Both the position numbers and the translations under genes were made by a program. DNA of 64,000 bases, from assembly GCA_002269645.1 (NCBI GenBank), contig NIVC01002533.1, positions 99,474-163,473 of the forward strand, in the 5' to 3' direction. A model generated the notes under the pieces. The model did no database searches. It had not been told where the DNA came from and saw only the letters and a list, made by a program, of their open reading frames with translations. This DNA comes from Macrostomum lignano (lineage: Eukaryota). This document shows positions 36,181 to 47,929 of this stretch, one piece after another. The number at the start of each line of letters is the position of its first letter. Position 1 is the stretch's first letter.

Positions 36181-36419
36181 AAGACTATAGTTGGAAAAAA
36201 GACACACGCATGAATCACACGCATTAAAGGTTTCCCCCCAAAAGCCAGCTAAACACCTTCAAAGCCACAACGCGATACGTGCCATCATATTTTTTAATTT
36301 TCTAAACGGAAAAGCCTTTGTTTTACATTTTTCACCTTTATAAATGTACTTTTCAAACGATGTATACCTCAATGGACACGCAATCAGAAAGAATCGCCAT
36401 GTCAATCATAATTGATTCC

Positions 36420-36752
36420 TGGGGAATCGCTAAGATGTCAAGACTCATGAGGAGAATTGCTGAGATTTCAAGGCTTATGAGGGGAATCGCTGAGATGTCA
36501 AGGCTCACGATTTGAATTGCTGAGATGTCAAGGCTCACGATTTGAATTGCTGAGATTTCAAGGCTTATGAGGGGAATCGCTGAGATGTCAAGGCTCACGA
36601 TTTGAATTGCTGAGATTTCAAGGCTTATGAGGGGAATCGCTGAGATGTCAAGGCTCACGATTTGAATTGCTGAGATGTCAAGGCTCACGATTTGAATTGC
36701 TGAGATGTCAAGGCTCAGGAAGAGAATTGCTGAGATGTCAAGGCTCACGAGG
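36420..36752. repeat. 30-bp minisatellite (GCTGAGATGTCAAGGCTCACGATTTGAATT)n with alternating variants
   Basis: Visible. Confidence 0.9.
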
Positions 36753-37237
36753 TGAATTTCTAAAATTCTTTGTCTGTCTTTTAAGGCGGATGCTTTTTTG
36801 CATCATTTTCCTTAAGAAATTAACAATAGTGACTCTGCGAGGCCAAAAACCGACATTATTGTGGTTCATTCAAAGTGTTGATTTATTTTTTTGCTGCCTC
36901 CGCAATGAGGGGCCGCAGGTTGACATTTCTTCTGTCTTCAGTTTCTCTACAACCGCAAAGATAAGAAAATATGCAATTTATTCTTTGAGGCTCTTTACTC
37001 AAAACAATAAGACTAAAAAATCTTCTCCCAACAAATTTGAAATTTGCAAAAAGGAACCGAGTAAAACAAACAGCGCTTAATGCAGTCACTGAAGTGAGTT
37101 CAGGTATTCAATTATTCCCTGTATATTTTCCATATTCCGCATAGAGATCTTTCATGATCAGGTGTGTCTGAGAAGCGTCCCGACGGCATCAGTAGCGCAG
37201 AACACCGATTGAAACTTATTGAGCTTCACCACCCCCA

Positions 37238-37438
37238 CTACCACCACCACCACCACCAACTATGCGTAGCGCTGCACGTGTCCCCTACGTTGCAACTGGA
37301 ATCTCCATAGCATATTTCGTTAATACAAAAGCAGATGTCACTTAGACACTGGGGGCTTTTATATCGATCGAAATTAAAAGCTTCAACTGCTACCATAGAA
37401 ACGATGAGAACCAGAACCTGAACAAACAGAACTCGCAT
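37238..37438 (-). CDS. Small secreted cysteine-rich peptide (66 aa) ending in WWWWWW
   Basis: MRVLFVQVLVLIVSMVAVEA reads as a signal peptide with a V-E-A cleavage site. The mature part FNFDRYKSPQCLSDICFCINEICYGDSSCNVGDTCSATHSWWWWWW has six Cys. A CAG acceptor lies 15 nt upstream of the ATG. Confidence 0.6.
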   Translation of the reverse strand: MRVLFVQVLVLIVSMVAVEAFNFDRYKSPQCLSDICFCINEICYGDSSCNVGDTCSATHSWWWWWW

Positions 37439-38012
37439 GCCTGCTTCTTGAAGCTGTTTGGAGTCAATAATCTTGTATTGTATAAGAATTGATTGGGTGT
37501 CCGTGCCGCTGTAACTTTTATTTATAGACTCAAGATTCCATAAAAATCGACAAGCAGCAGTTCTCAAATTCGACTTCCTGTCAAGATTACAATAAAATTT
37601 CTATTTCCCTAGATTTTAATCCAGCAACATAAAAAAATTATTGCAATCTGAGCAGGAAGTCCCATTAAGGATTTTATGATCACGATCTCTGTAAGGAATA
37701 TGAATAGTAAATTTTCTAACTGCTGAGCTCACTTTATTGATTACATTCAGGGCTGTCTGTTTTACTTTCTTATTACTTTTGAGTAATTAATTAAAGAACC
37801 TTCTGTGAGTAAGTTACACGTCAATTCTTATCTTTGGCTGTACAGAAACTGAAAAAGTGCAATCTGCGTAGGAGTGGGGAGGCTGGAACTTTAAAACACT
37901 TAGAAATATCGAAAACAATGATTCCCTTCTAAAGTCTCCTAAAGAAAAAAACCCCCAATATCTCTAACTCAAATCCAGCAGGGGTGTTTGGGATGGCAAT
38001 TTTTTCGGGGTT

Positions 38013-38128
38013 CCGAAACCCGACCCCGAAACCCGACCCCGAAACCCGACCCCGAAACCCGACCCCGAAACCCGACCCCGAAACCCGACCCCGAAACCCG
38101 ACCCCGAAACCCGACCCCGAAACCCGAC
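38013..38128. repeat. 13-bp minisatellite (GACCCCGAAACCC)n
   Basis: Visible. Confidence 0.95.
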
Positions 38129-38504
38129 CACCTTTAAATCTCCGCCCCGTTGGAAAGGCAACAGAGAACGATTTTTTAAGCAACCATGTACAGACTTTGG
38201 CCTTGTACAGTCACTATTGAAAATTTCCCAAGGAAAATGATGTTTGAAGCAAAAAGGCATCCGGCCATGGCTTAACCTCAAGTTTTCTTCTTTAATTTTT
38301 GTCCTACAAACCACTCCCAATTTTGAGACCTATCTCAGCATCTCAGAAATTCTCCCCATAAGCAACAGGATTTTAATGGAATTTTAAAGTTTCTTTAAAA
38401 ACTTTTGATATGAGCGTACTATTTGGTTTTCTCTTCACTCGAGACGATATATTCTGAAGTCTATATAACTATAAATCTAAAAAGTTTGTATGTATGTATG
38501 TATA

Positions 38505-39570
38505 TGCAACTGACACTCTGGGAGGCTGGCCCAGCAACTGATGAGGATCTGGAAGGCTGGCCCAGCAACTGATGAGGATCTGGGAGGCTGGCCCAGCAAC
38601 TGATGAGGATCTGGGAGGCTGGCCCAGCAACTGATGAGGATCTGGGAGGCTGGCCCAGCAACTGATGAGGATCTGGGAGGCTGGCCCAGCAACTGATGAG
38701 GATCTGGGAGGCTGGTCCAGCAACTGATGAGGATCTGGGAGGCTTTCCCAGCGACTGATGAGGATCTGGGAGGCTGGCCCAGCAACTGATGAGGATCTGG
38801 GAGGCTGGTCCAGCAACTGATGAGGATCTGGGAGGCTTTCCCAGCAACTGATGAGGATCTGGAAGGCTGGCCCAGCAACTGATGAGGATCTGGGAGGCTG
38901 GCCCAGCAACTGATGAGGATCTGGGAGGCTGGCCCAGCAACTGATGAGGATCTGGGAGGCTGGTCCAGCAACTGATGAGGATCTGGGAGGCTTTCCCAGC
39001 GACTGATGAGGATCTGGGAGGCTGGCCCAGCAACTGATGAGGATCTGGGAGGCTGGCCCAGCAACTGACACTCTGGGAGGCTGGCCCAGCAACTGACACT
39101 CTGGGAGGCTGGCCCAGCAACTGATGAGGATCTGGGAGGTTGGCCCAGCAACTGATGAGGATCTGGGAGGCTGGCCCAGCAACTGACACTCTGGGAGGCT
39201 GGCCCAGCAACTGGCACTCTGGGAGGCTGGCCCAGCAACTGAGGATCTGGGAGGCTTGCCCAGCAACTGACACTCTGGGAGGCTGGCCTAACAACTGACA
39301 CTCTGGGAGGCTTGCCCAGCAACTGACACTCTGGGAGGCTGTCCCAGCAACTGATGAGGATCTGGGAGGCTGGCCCAGCAACTGACACTCTGGGAGGCTG
39401 GCCCAGCAACTGACACTCTGGGAGGCTGGCCCAGCAACTGACACTCTAGGAGGCTTGATGAGAATCTGAGAGGCTGTCCCAGCAACTGATGAGGATCTGA
39501 GAGGCTGTCCCAGCAACTGATGAGGATCTGAGAGGCTGTCCCAGTAATTGATGATGATCTGGGTGGCTGG
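38505..39570. repeat. 31-bp minisatellite (GAGGATCTGGGAGGCTGGCCCAGCAACTGAT)n, family X array 3
   Basis: Visible. Confidence 0.95.
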
Positions 39571-39752
39571 CGCAGTACGCGCGTGCGCACAGCTGGTGAC
39601 TGTTGGTCTTTGAGCACGAGAATCAGATTTCGTAGTTACATGTACGAGTTATTTATATGCAGTCTATGGTATTGGAAATGAGAATGATGAGGATTGAAAA
39701 TTTGCATCTATTTTGTCTGAGACAAGACAAACAAGAAATTCTTCAATAATAA

Positions 39753-42700
39753 ATGAATCGATCTTATAGAGCCGTCCTGAGCATGAGCAGCTTACCCAAA
39801 GCCATGGAGAGACAAAATCCAAGCTTACTTGCTAGCAGCAATTCAGCAGCAGAGGACAATACATGTACAAGTTCAACCGTCACGTCAACCAGGCGACGGT
39901 TGCACTACATGGATTTTGGTCGATTAGAGCAGTTCCTTCAACGTAGATTGAACGAAGTTCAAGAGCGTCAAAATCATCAGCAGGAGCATCAGGCGTCTCC
40001 TGCAACTATGGAGGTGCCCAATGAAGCTAAATATAACCATCTAGCATCGCCACTGACTACTCAGTCCAGCCGGTCAGCAGCCACCGCCAGGAATTGGTTG
40101 CAGCGGGCCAACGGAGCTCGTCGGCGTGTTGCCCGTCGTTTGTCGTCAGTTCTGGCCGGCTGTCTGCGAGGAGGTGAACGCGTTGAAGGCGAACTGGTTG
40201 ACGCTGGTCCAGAGGTCGCTGGGTTGCCCATGCAGCCGCTGAAGAGAATCGATGAGAGCAACGAACGGCAGCGCTGCAACAACGCCACCGCTGATGAGCT
40301 GACATCGGCCAATGCGAGATCCAGCGTCTTGCCTACAATTGAGGCCGTTGACTTGGTGCCAGGTTGGTTTGCTCCGTCTGTTTTTTCTTGGTGTCTGTCT
40401 CTGTTTTCTGTCTGTCTCTGGAGCTGTCTGTATTTATAAATCAACAAATGTAAATTATCGTAGGAAAGTAGTGGGAACTCTGGCGCTAACACATTCGACG
40501 TCATTTTTCCTGAGGCAATGAGCTGCGAGGCAGCTCTGGGGCAATTCTGTTCACTCCTCTGACTGTATGCAGACACGCACTCATACAAACGCTTCACCGG
40601 GTGGTCCCAAATGATGTCGTGTCACACCTTGCAGCAGCAGCTGAAGTGTCATCCGCAGGCGCTAAGTCGGGCACTCGTCGCTCCGCCAGGAGCAGCGGCA
40701 GGAGGAGCCCTCGCTCTTGCGCCACCACCCTGACGGCTGTGTCAGCCAGTCGGCTGGTCTCGTTACCATCGTCGACAACAGCCCGGACACCGACTCCAAC
40801 TGCTACTCGAACTTCGAAGTCGTCAGCGACATCCCGTCAGAGACGCCATCGTCACGTACAGAGCGACGACACCAACGACAAGACGGCCCTGTTGAGATCT
40901 TCCGGCAGCGAGCAACCGGACGCGAACCTTGACAATGATCACCAGCTGGTGAACTTCAGCGCAGCGACAAATTCGGTTATCGACGCCGTCAGGGTGGACC
41001 GTTTCTTGAAACGCGGCGCCGCCGGCGCTGTGGTCGGCGGGGCTGGCGGCGTCATTGCCAGCGGAGCCGGGAAAACTGCGCCTGTTGCAAAAAAAGACGG
41101 TTTTGCTGGTAAAATCGCGCCCGTCGGCAAAGGCCCCGCTGCAGGCAGAGGTGCCAAAAAGGTTGTTGCTGGGCAAAGTCGCGAGTTGGGCGGCGGCAAT
41201 ATGAAACTAGCGAAAGTGAGTCTGAGTCCTGTTTTTTCTTTGCAGGCACTTATAATGCACTTATTGATACGAGTTGGTCTATTCACGAGCCTACCAAAGT
41301 TTAAAAGATTTTATTAGTAGTATCAGAATGCTAACAAAATCATAATTGAGCTATTTTAATACAAGGGAATAGAGGTGAGATAGAGGGGTATTAGAGAGGT
41401 GAGTTAGAGGGGTATTAGAGAGGTGAGATAGAGGGGTATTAGAGAGGTGAGATAGAGGGGTATTAGAGAGGTGAGATAGAGGGTGTTAGAGAGGTGAGAT
41501 AGAGGGGTATTAGAGAGGTGAGATAGAGGGGTATTAGAGAGGTGAGACAGAGGGGTACTTAGGAGTTTAAGAGTGGCTTAAAAAGAATCAGAAAGAGTCG
41601 GGAGCTCCCAAAACAGGTGCAAAGGAGCAAAGCAATAAAAAAATAGAAATAAATATTGTACTCGTAATAAATTTATGACTGAAAATTATTCATACTTACT
41701 TCTAAATCGTTTTGTATCAACTTTATAATAAAGAAGCGGCCCGTAAAGAAGTCAGGCAAGAAGTCGGCCAGGTCTAAGAATTCCGGCACAACCGCTGGTG
41801 CTTCTAGCCTGAACAAGCTGGTGACCGTCACCTCCGAGGGTGTAGCCTGGAGCGACGAATTAGAATCGTTGGGCAATGCGCCAATTAATGAGCTCTACAG
41901 ACCAGGCGCAGTCGAAAGGCGTCCGGCGCACCGGCTTCCAGAGGATCCTGTGCACGATCCGCCGAAAAGTGTGGCACTACGGCGTACCATCGAGTGTCCG
42001 CTGGTACCGCTGACTACCTATAAGACCGACAAGAAGGGCGAGCTGTTTTATTCAGTGGTAAGATTGTCCCACTGGACGTCTGTGATTGCAGTTGGTCACG
42101 TGATCCGTAAAAGCTCCTAGCTGATCTCGCTTTTTATGGCTGTACATTTGCAGCAACCCCACTCCGCTACACTGGGAGTCTGCGGTTGCAGTTGGTCACG
42201 TGATCTGCAAAAGCTCCTAGCTGATCTCGCTTTTTATGACTTAAAATGTACAGAAACCTCACTCCACTAGGCGTCAATAATTGTGATTGGTCACGTGATC
42301 CATAGAAGCTCCATAGCCGATCTCGCATTTTTTGGCTGTACATTTGCAGCAACCTCACCTCCGGATAGACTGGGGAGTGTCTATCATTGCAATCGGTCAC
42401 GTGATCCATAAAAGTCACGTGATGTTTTCAAACTTCACGATTAATTTTTACATATACATATGTACTCTGTATATAGCTACGAGTACAGTGGTCCTTGCTT
42501 CTACGTTGGCGAAGGGCCTGTTACTTTTAAAACTACATTGTACGCTGCAAAATAAACGTCTTGCACACCGAAAGTCGTGGAAGAGGGCTATGGCTCACTG
42601 ACGAAGGCAAACAAGCCAGAAAGCGGTCTAGGTTTATAGACTAGGTCACATCATGTACTATGCGTACACTTGCAATCAATTAAAACAAAAGCAAACAAAA

Positions 42701-43183
42701 AACAGGGCCATTTATCTACTGCAGGTCCAACTGTGCCAAACGTGCCGTAAAGACGTCTGTCCGAGATGTCGCCGCAGTCTCTGCACATTCTGCACGGCTA
42801 TCGCCTGTTCAGACTGTCGCATGCTGCTGCACCAGATGGTCGAGATTGGCAAAGTCGATGGCGGCGGCGGAGGAGGACGCAGGTCGCTGGTCCGAGCTAG
42901 CCAATCGCAGCAGAGACAGCAGATGCAGCCGTACTGTCACTCTTGCGAGAAACCGGTTTGCCTAGTCTGCATCGACAGCCTGTCGATGTCGCTGCCAACT
43001 AACGAGCGTTGCGTTCAGCACAGCATCTCTGGCAACGTTTACGAAAACATCTGTCCCTGGTGCGGCCGGACAATCTGCCGGGAGTGCCGTCGGAGTTCAT
43101 GCTTTGCCTGCACCAAAGCGTTTCAGTGCGCCTGTCGAAGCAGCTGTCAGTGCGACAGTTACGCTAACCTACAAAATTCATGA
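39753..43183 (+). CDS. Unknown ~657-aa protein: disordered S/T/R/G-rich N-terminus plus C-terminal CxxC-repeat (putative zinc-binding) domain. Model exons 39753-40362, 40635-41215, 41734-42057, 42725-43183
   Basis: Four open segments join through phase-consistent junctions (1974 nt total). The last junction (GTG|gtaaga ... gcag|GTC) is strong; the 41734 acceptor is a weaker AAG. The last exon has nine CxxC pairs. Confidence 0.6.
41375..41560. repeat. 24-bp minisatellite (GAGATAGAGGGGTATTAGAGAGGT)n
   Basis: Visible. Confidence 0.9.
42070..42425. repeat. Degenerate tandem repeat of ~100-120 bp units (3-4 copies) containing GGTCACGTGATC
   Basis: Recurring ATTGCAGTTGGTCACGTGATCC..AAAGCTCCTAGCTGATCTCGCTTTTT blocks. 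Confidence 0.75.
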
Positions 43184-43903
43184 TTTGATGCTATGATCGG
43201 CATACTGAGTCAGAGGAATGGAAGTCGTATGAACGTTCGTTTTCTGCTTGATTCAATGCTTGAGCTGTGTAAGGACGATTTTTCTGCATATTTTGATTGA
43301 AGAAGTTCAATCAAACGTCAAGTCTACCATCGATGGTACAGCATGATTTTGCAGCACACGCTTTAATTTTTAGTGAAACATCTAATGGAATCCTTAATCT
43401 AAAAATACTCTTACTATTGAAGATTTAAACAATTATAACGCCTTGTAAAGTTACAGATGCACAAAGCCAGAGCCTCCTGTTCTGTAAGTTAAACTGTCTA
43501 TGTACATGTTCGGCTACGAAGGACAAACTTAGTCGGAAATGTAGCTTACTCTGAACTGTAAATTTTTTAGTTTTCTGAAACCTAGATTAAATGTATTTAA
43601 GCTATTACAATCCTTTCTTATAGGCTGTTTTTGACAATCGAAATTGTGCTATTTGTTTGAAAGCACTGCCTAAGCGGTTTTAAATCTTAATTATTCTAAG
43701 AAAACTCTATAAATTTCACCAATTTGAGGATAAAAGTGTGACGAAGTCAACAGAAGTATCGGACAGAATTTGACTCCGTCACAAGTGAATCGAGATTTTT
43801 TGGCAATCTTTCACATAAATCATTTAAAGGCCAACTAGCCTCACTTCTATTCTGTATTCGCTGATATTTTGGTGGAGGTGAACAATTTTTAAACCGACTT
43901 AAA

Positions 43904-46900
43904 ATGGCTTTGCGATCCTTTCTTCTCAAGAATTTGAGTTTAAACTACATAAGTTTTATTGCAAATGGCTTGCGACAGAACCCAACCAAATTTATGAACA
44001 TTCTGAGGACAAAGACCCAATACGAAGCGTTATTCAGGCTCAAAAGAGGCAAAGTGAGTGCAAAAGCGTTTTTATTTTTGAATATGTAGATATAGAAATG
44101 CAGAAAAAAACACTACTTACTTCATCAGATTAACTAATGTAAGACATTGTCTATTTTAACCCCAATTAAAAATATATATACTTAACCTTTTTTAGATTCC
44201 AATTCTATCAAAGTCTGGTCATAAGTGGCAGATTCTATTTTGCAATCCAGTTTATCTATTGGCCTTTTCACTTTTTCAATCTAAAGGTAAGAATGATTTG
44301 AATAAAAATTAAAGAAACAAGTATCGTTTTGAATTGAATTTGAAAATAATATTAATGTAACATTTGTAATTTGTTTTTCATGAAGCTTTTTTTGTTTTTT
44401 TTGTGTTGATTAATTATTCTATTTAATTTTAAAGTATCAAAATTTATTTATTTTTATATTTCTATTGTGTTTTGTTTTACCTTTATTTATATTTAATAAT
44501 CTGGATTTTTTACAGATGGAATAGTTTTTTTACCTTATTGAAAATGTCTTAAATCCCAAAAATTGGTGTCTTGACCTTATTTACCTAGTCCTAACAGGAT
44601 TGATCCTATTTAATATCTTTTATTTTAGATTTTTTATTTTTTATCAAAATCCAAAGCCAGATTTTGATAAAAATAAATAATATAACATATCATTTCTATT
44701 GTTTTAGTGTAATTATAGCTTTGTGATAGGGCCTATTATGGCAACTATGGAAATATGGTACCTTGAAGTTTTTTTATAGTTATAGTTTCTCATTATCAAT
44801 TATTATAAAAAATTACTGATAGTGATAATAATAAATGCAAAAACTCTGTTTAAACTGCTTTTATGACTGCAACTACAGAAATGCCCATAACTAAGCTTAT
44901 ACAGTACAATAAACCTCATTATAGGGAAGCACAATTTGTTCCCACCACAGAAAACCAGCATACAACCGGATCTGCTAGCCTGGAGCAGCTTCTAGCCAAT
45001 GTAGACAAGCTGCACACATCTGGTTCCGAAGCTGAGGCTTACAGCCAGCTGTGCAACGCCCTCGCCACTGGCTCTGCTGTCTACCAATGCGCCGAAGTGT
45101 TCTGGCGCGCAGCCCGCGGCGCCCGCGCCATGGCCAACGCCACACACGACGAATCAGCTAGGAAAGCGCTGACCTACGAGGCATTCGAATTCGCCAAGCA
45201 AGGCCTGGCTCTGGAGCCACAGAACTCTGCCTGCCACAAGTGGATGGGGATTCTGCTGGAGCTCACGGGCCGGTTCGAGGGTACAAAGAAACGAATAGAA
45301 AATTCCTATTTAGTTCGGGATCACTTTCAGCGGGCTGTCGAGGCCAAGCCAGATGACGCCGTCGTATTGCACTGCCTCGGAGCCTGGTGCTTTGAAGTGG
45401 CCGACCTGCCCTGGTATCAGCGGAAACTGGCTGCGGCCTTCTTTGCCACGCCGCCATCGTCCAGTTATGATGAGGCGTTGAAATACCTGCTGAGGGCAGA
45501 GGAAGGTGGGCTATACTAACCAGAAGTGCAGGTTGTCTGTATGTACTAACCGGAAGTGTAGGTTGTCTGTATATACTAACCGGAAGTGTAGGTTGTCTGT
45601 ATATACTAACCGGAAGTGTAGGTTTTCTGTATATTCTAACCGGAAGTGTAGGTTTTCTATACTTAGCGGAAGTGTAGGCTTTCTATACTTACCGGAAGTG
45701 AGGGGTGTCTATATACTAACCAGAAGTGTAGGTTGTCTGTATATGCTAACCGGAAGTGCAGGTTGTCTGTATATACTGACCGGAAGTGTAGGTTGTCTGT
45801 ATATACTAACCGGAAGTGTAGGTTGTCTGTATATACTAACCGGAAGTGTAGGTTTTCTATACTTACCGGAAGTGTAGGCTTTCTATACTTACCGGAAGTG
45901 GGGTGTCTATATACTAACCGGAAGTGTAGGTTGTCTGTATATGCTAACCGGAAGTGCAGGTTGTCTGTATATACTGACCGGAAGTGTAGGTTGTCTGTAT
46001 ATACTAACCGGAAGTGTAGGTTGTCTGTATATACTAACCGGAAGTGTAGGTTTTCTGTATATACTAACCAGAAGTGCAGGTTGTCTGTATATACTAACCA
46101 GAAGTGTAGGTTGTCTGTATATACTGACCGGAAGTGTAGGTTGTCTGTATATACTAACCGGAAGTGTAGGTTGTCTGTATATACTAACCGGAAGTGCAGG
46201 TTGTCTGTATGTACTAACCGGAAGTGTAGGCTTTCTATACTTACCGGAAGTGGGGTGTCTATATACTAACCGGAAGTGTAGGTTGTCTGTATATGCTAAC
46301 CGGAAGTGCAGGTTGTCTGTATATACTGACCGGAAGTGTAGGTTGTCTGTATATACTAACCGGAAGTGTAGGTTTTCTGTATATACTAACCAGAAGTGCA
46401 GGTTGTCTGTATATACTAACCAGAAGTGTAGGTTGTCTGTATATACTGACCGGAAGTGTAGGTTGTCTGTATATACTAACCAGAAGTGTAGGTTGTCTGT
46501 ATATACTAACCGGAAGTGTAGGTTGTCTGTATATACTAACCGGAAGTGTAGGTTGTCTGTATATACTAACCGGAAGTGTAGGTTGTCTGTATATACTAAC
46601 CGGAAGTGTAGGTTGTCTGTATATACTAACCGGAAGTGAAGTTTGTCTGTATATACTAACCGGAAGTGCAGGTTGTCTGTATGTACTAACCGGAAGTGTA
46701 GGTTTTCTATACTTACCGGAAGTGAGGGGTGTCTATATACTAACCGGAAGTGTAGGTTGTCTGTATATGCTAACCGGAAGCGTAGTTTGTCTGTATATAC
46801 TAACCGGAAGTGTAGGTTGTCTGTATATTCTAACCGGAAGTATAGGTTCCTGTATATACTAACCGGAAGCGTAGGTTGTCTTCTGAGACTCAGTGACCTA

Positions 46901-47200
46901 AAATCTATAGAATTAGTTTTTAATTTGACCCTAATCAACAGTCACTTTTCAATTTCAGTTGACCCGAATTTCTACAGCAGCAATTTGCTGTACATCGGCA
47001 AAGCCTACCTGCGCAAAGGTGACAGGACCAATGCGCGGACTTATCTGCAGAGAACTGTCAATTATAAGGGCGACACGGTTGACGACAAACAGGTTTGTTT
47101 TAATTTGCTGCTTGATCTTTTTGAAACAAATCATTTTATTCAAATTTTGTTTTTCTTTCAGTCAAGAGATGAAGCGGCGCAGTTGTTGAAGTCCATCTGA
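43904..47200 (+). CDS. RMDN1: Regulator of microtubule dynamics protein 1 (FAM82B-like, TPR). Exons 43904-44053, 44196-44286, 44951-45505, 46959-47092, 47162-47200; ~322 aa
   Basis: AEVFWRAAR, CHKWMGILL, GTKKRIENSYLVRDHFQRAVEAKPDD, LPWYQRKLAAAFFATPPSSSYDEAL and VDPNFYSSNLLYIGK match RMDN1. The Arg/Leu-rich N-terminus resembles a transit peptide. Phases are consistent (969 nt); the first two exons are less certain. Confidence 0.9.
45512..46880. repeat. 30-bp minisatellite (ACTAACCGGAAGTGTAGGTTGTCTGTATAT)n in an RMDN1 intron
   Basis: About 45 visible copies. Confidence 0.95.
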
Positions 47201-47929
47201 GCTGGGTTGAGATTCCCGAACAAAAGGACATTGTGACATTTTTAAATATGAGCGTAATGTCTGTATTTGTTTATTTATATAATTATTTGTGTACAAGTTC
47301 AATTTTAATGTGACTTATAAGTTATTGAATGTAACAATAATTACAAGTAGAGGTGAGTTTATTAGATTTAATTTTCATTGTTTAACAAATATTAATTCGT
47401 TAAATAAAAAATTCCCTTCTGTAACAAGTGGTTTAAATTTGATATTTGCCAATCAAAACGTTAACATTAAAGCAAAATCAATGTTATTACAGCTCATGGT
47501 TAGTTTGCAGGAATACGCTTGCGCGGGATGTACATATTATATTTGGTCAGTTAATTTGCGTAATATATACTGTAGTTTTATTGCTAGTATCAGAACTGCA
47601 AGTAGTTGATTCGCGTTTTGTTAGAGTTTTTATATACTGCAGGAAATTTCTTAGACACTTCATGGATTACTAATTATTACATGTCATTGTCAGACCTGGC
47701 GGCATTTTAAGCTTTCAGTTTTAGCTCTGGCTGGGCAATATGGTTCACCTCACCTCAACTTCCAGATTAAATATTATGCATGCGAAACTGTATTGCGTCT
47801 AACTAAAAAACAGATTAGTACTATGGTAAGCTACTACAGTGTAGTTCGTTTTCAGAGGACAGAGGCCGTATCTGACACGCTCACTCAGGGTTCTGGCGCT
47901 GGGGGCCGTTTAGTGCTGACACTCTTGGT

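Noticed and set aside
40061-41286. Minus-strand ORFs, and an apparent frameshift near 40850 in the CxxC gene
   Set aside because: One plus-strand frame is open from the 40635 acceptor to the 41216 donor with matching phases, so no frameshift or antisense gene is needed.
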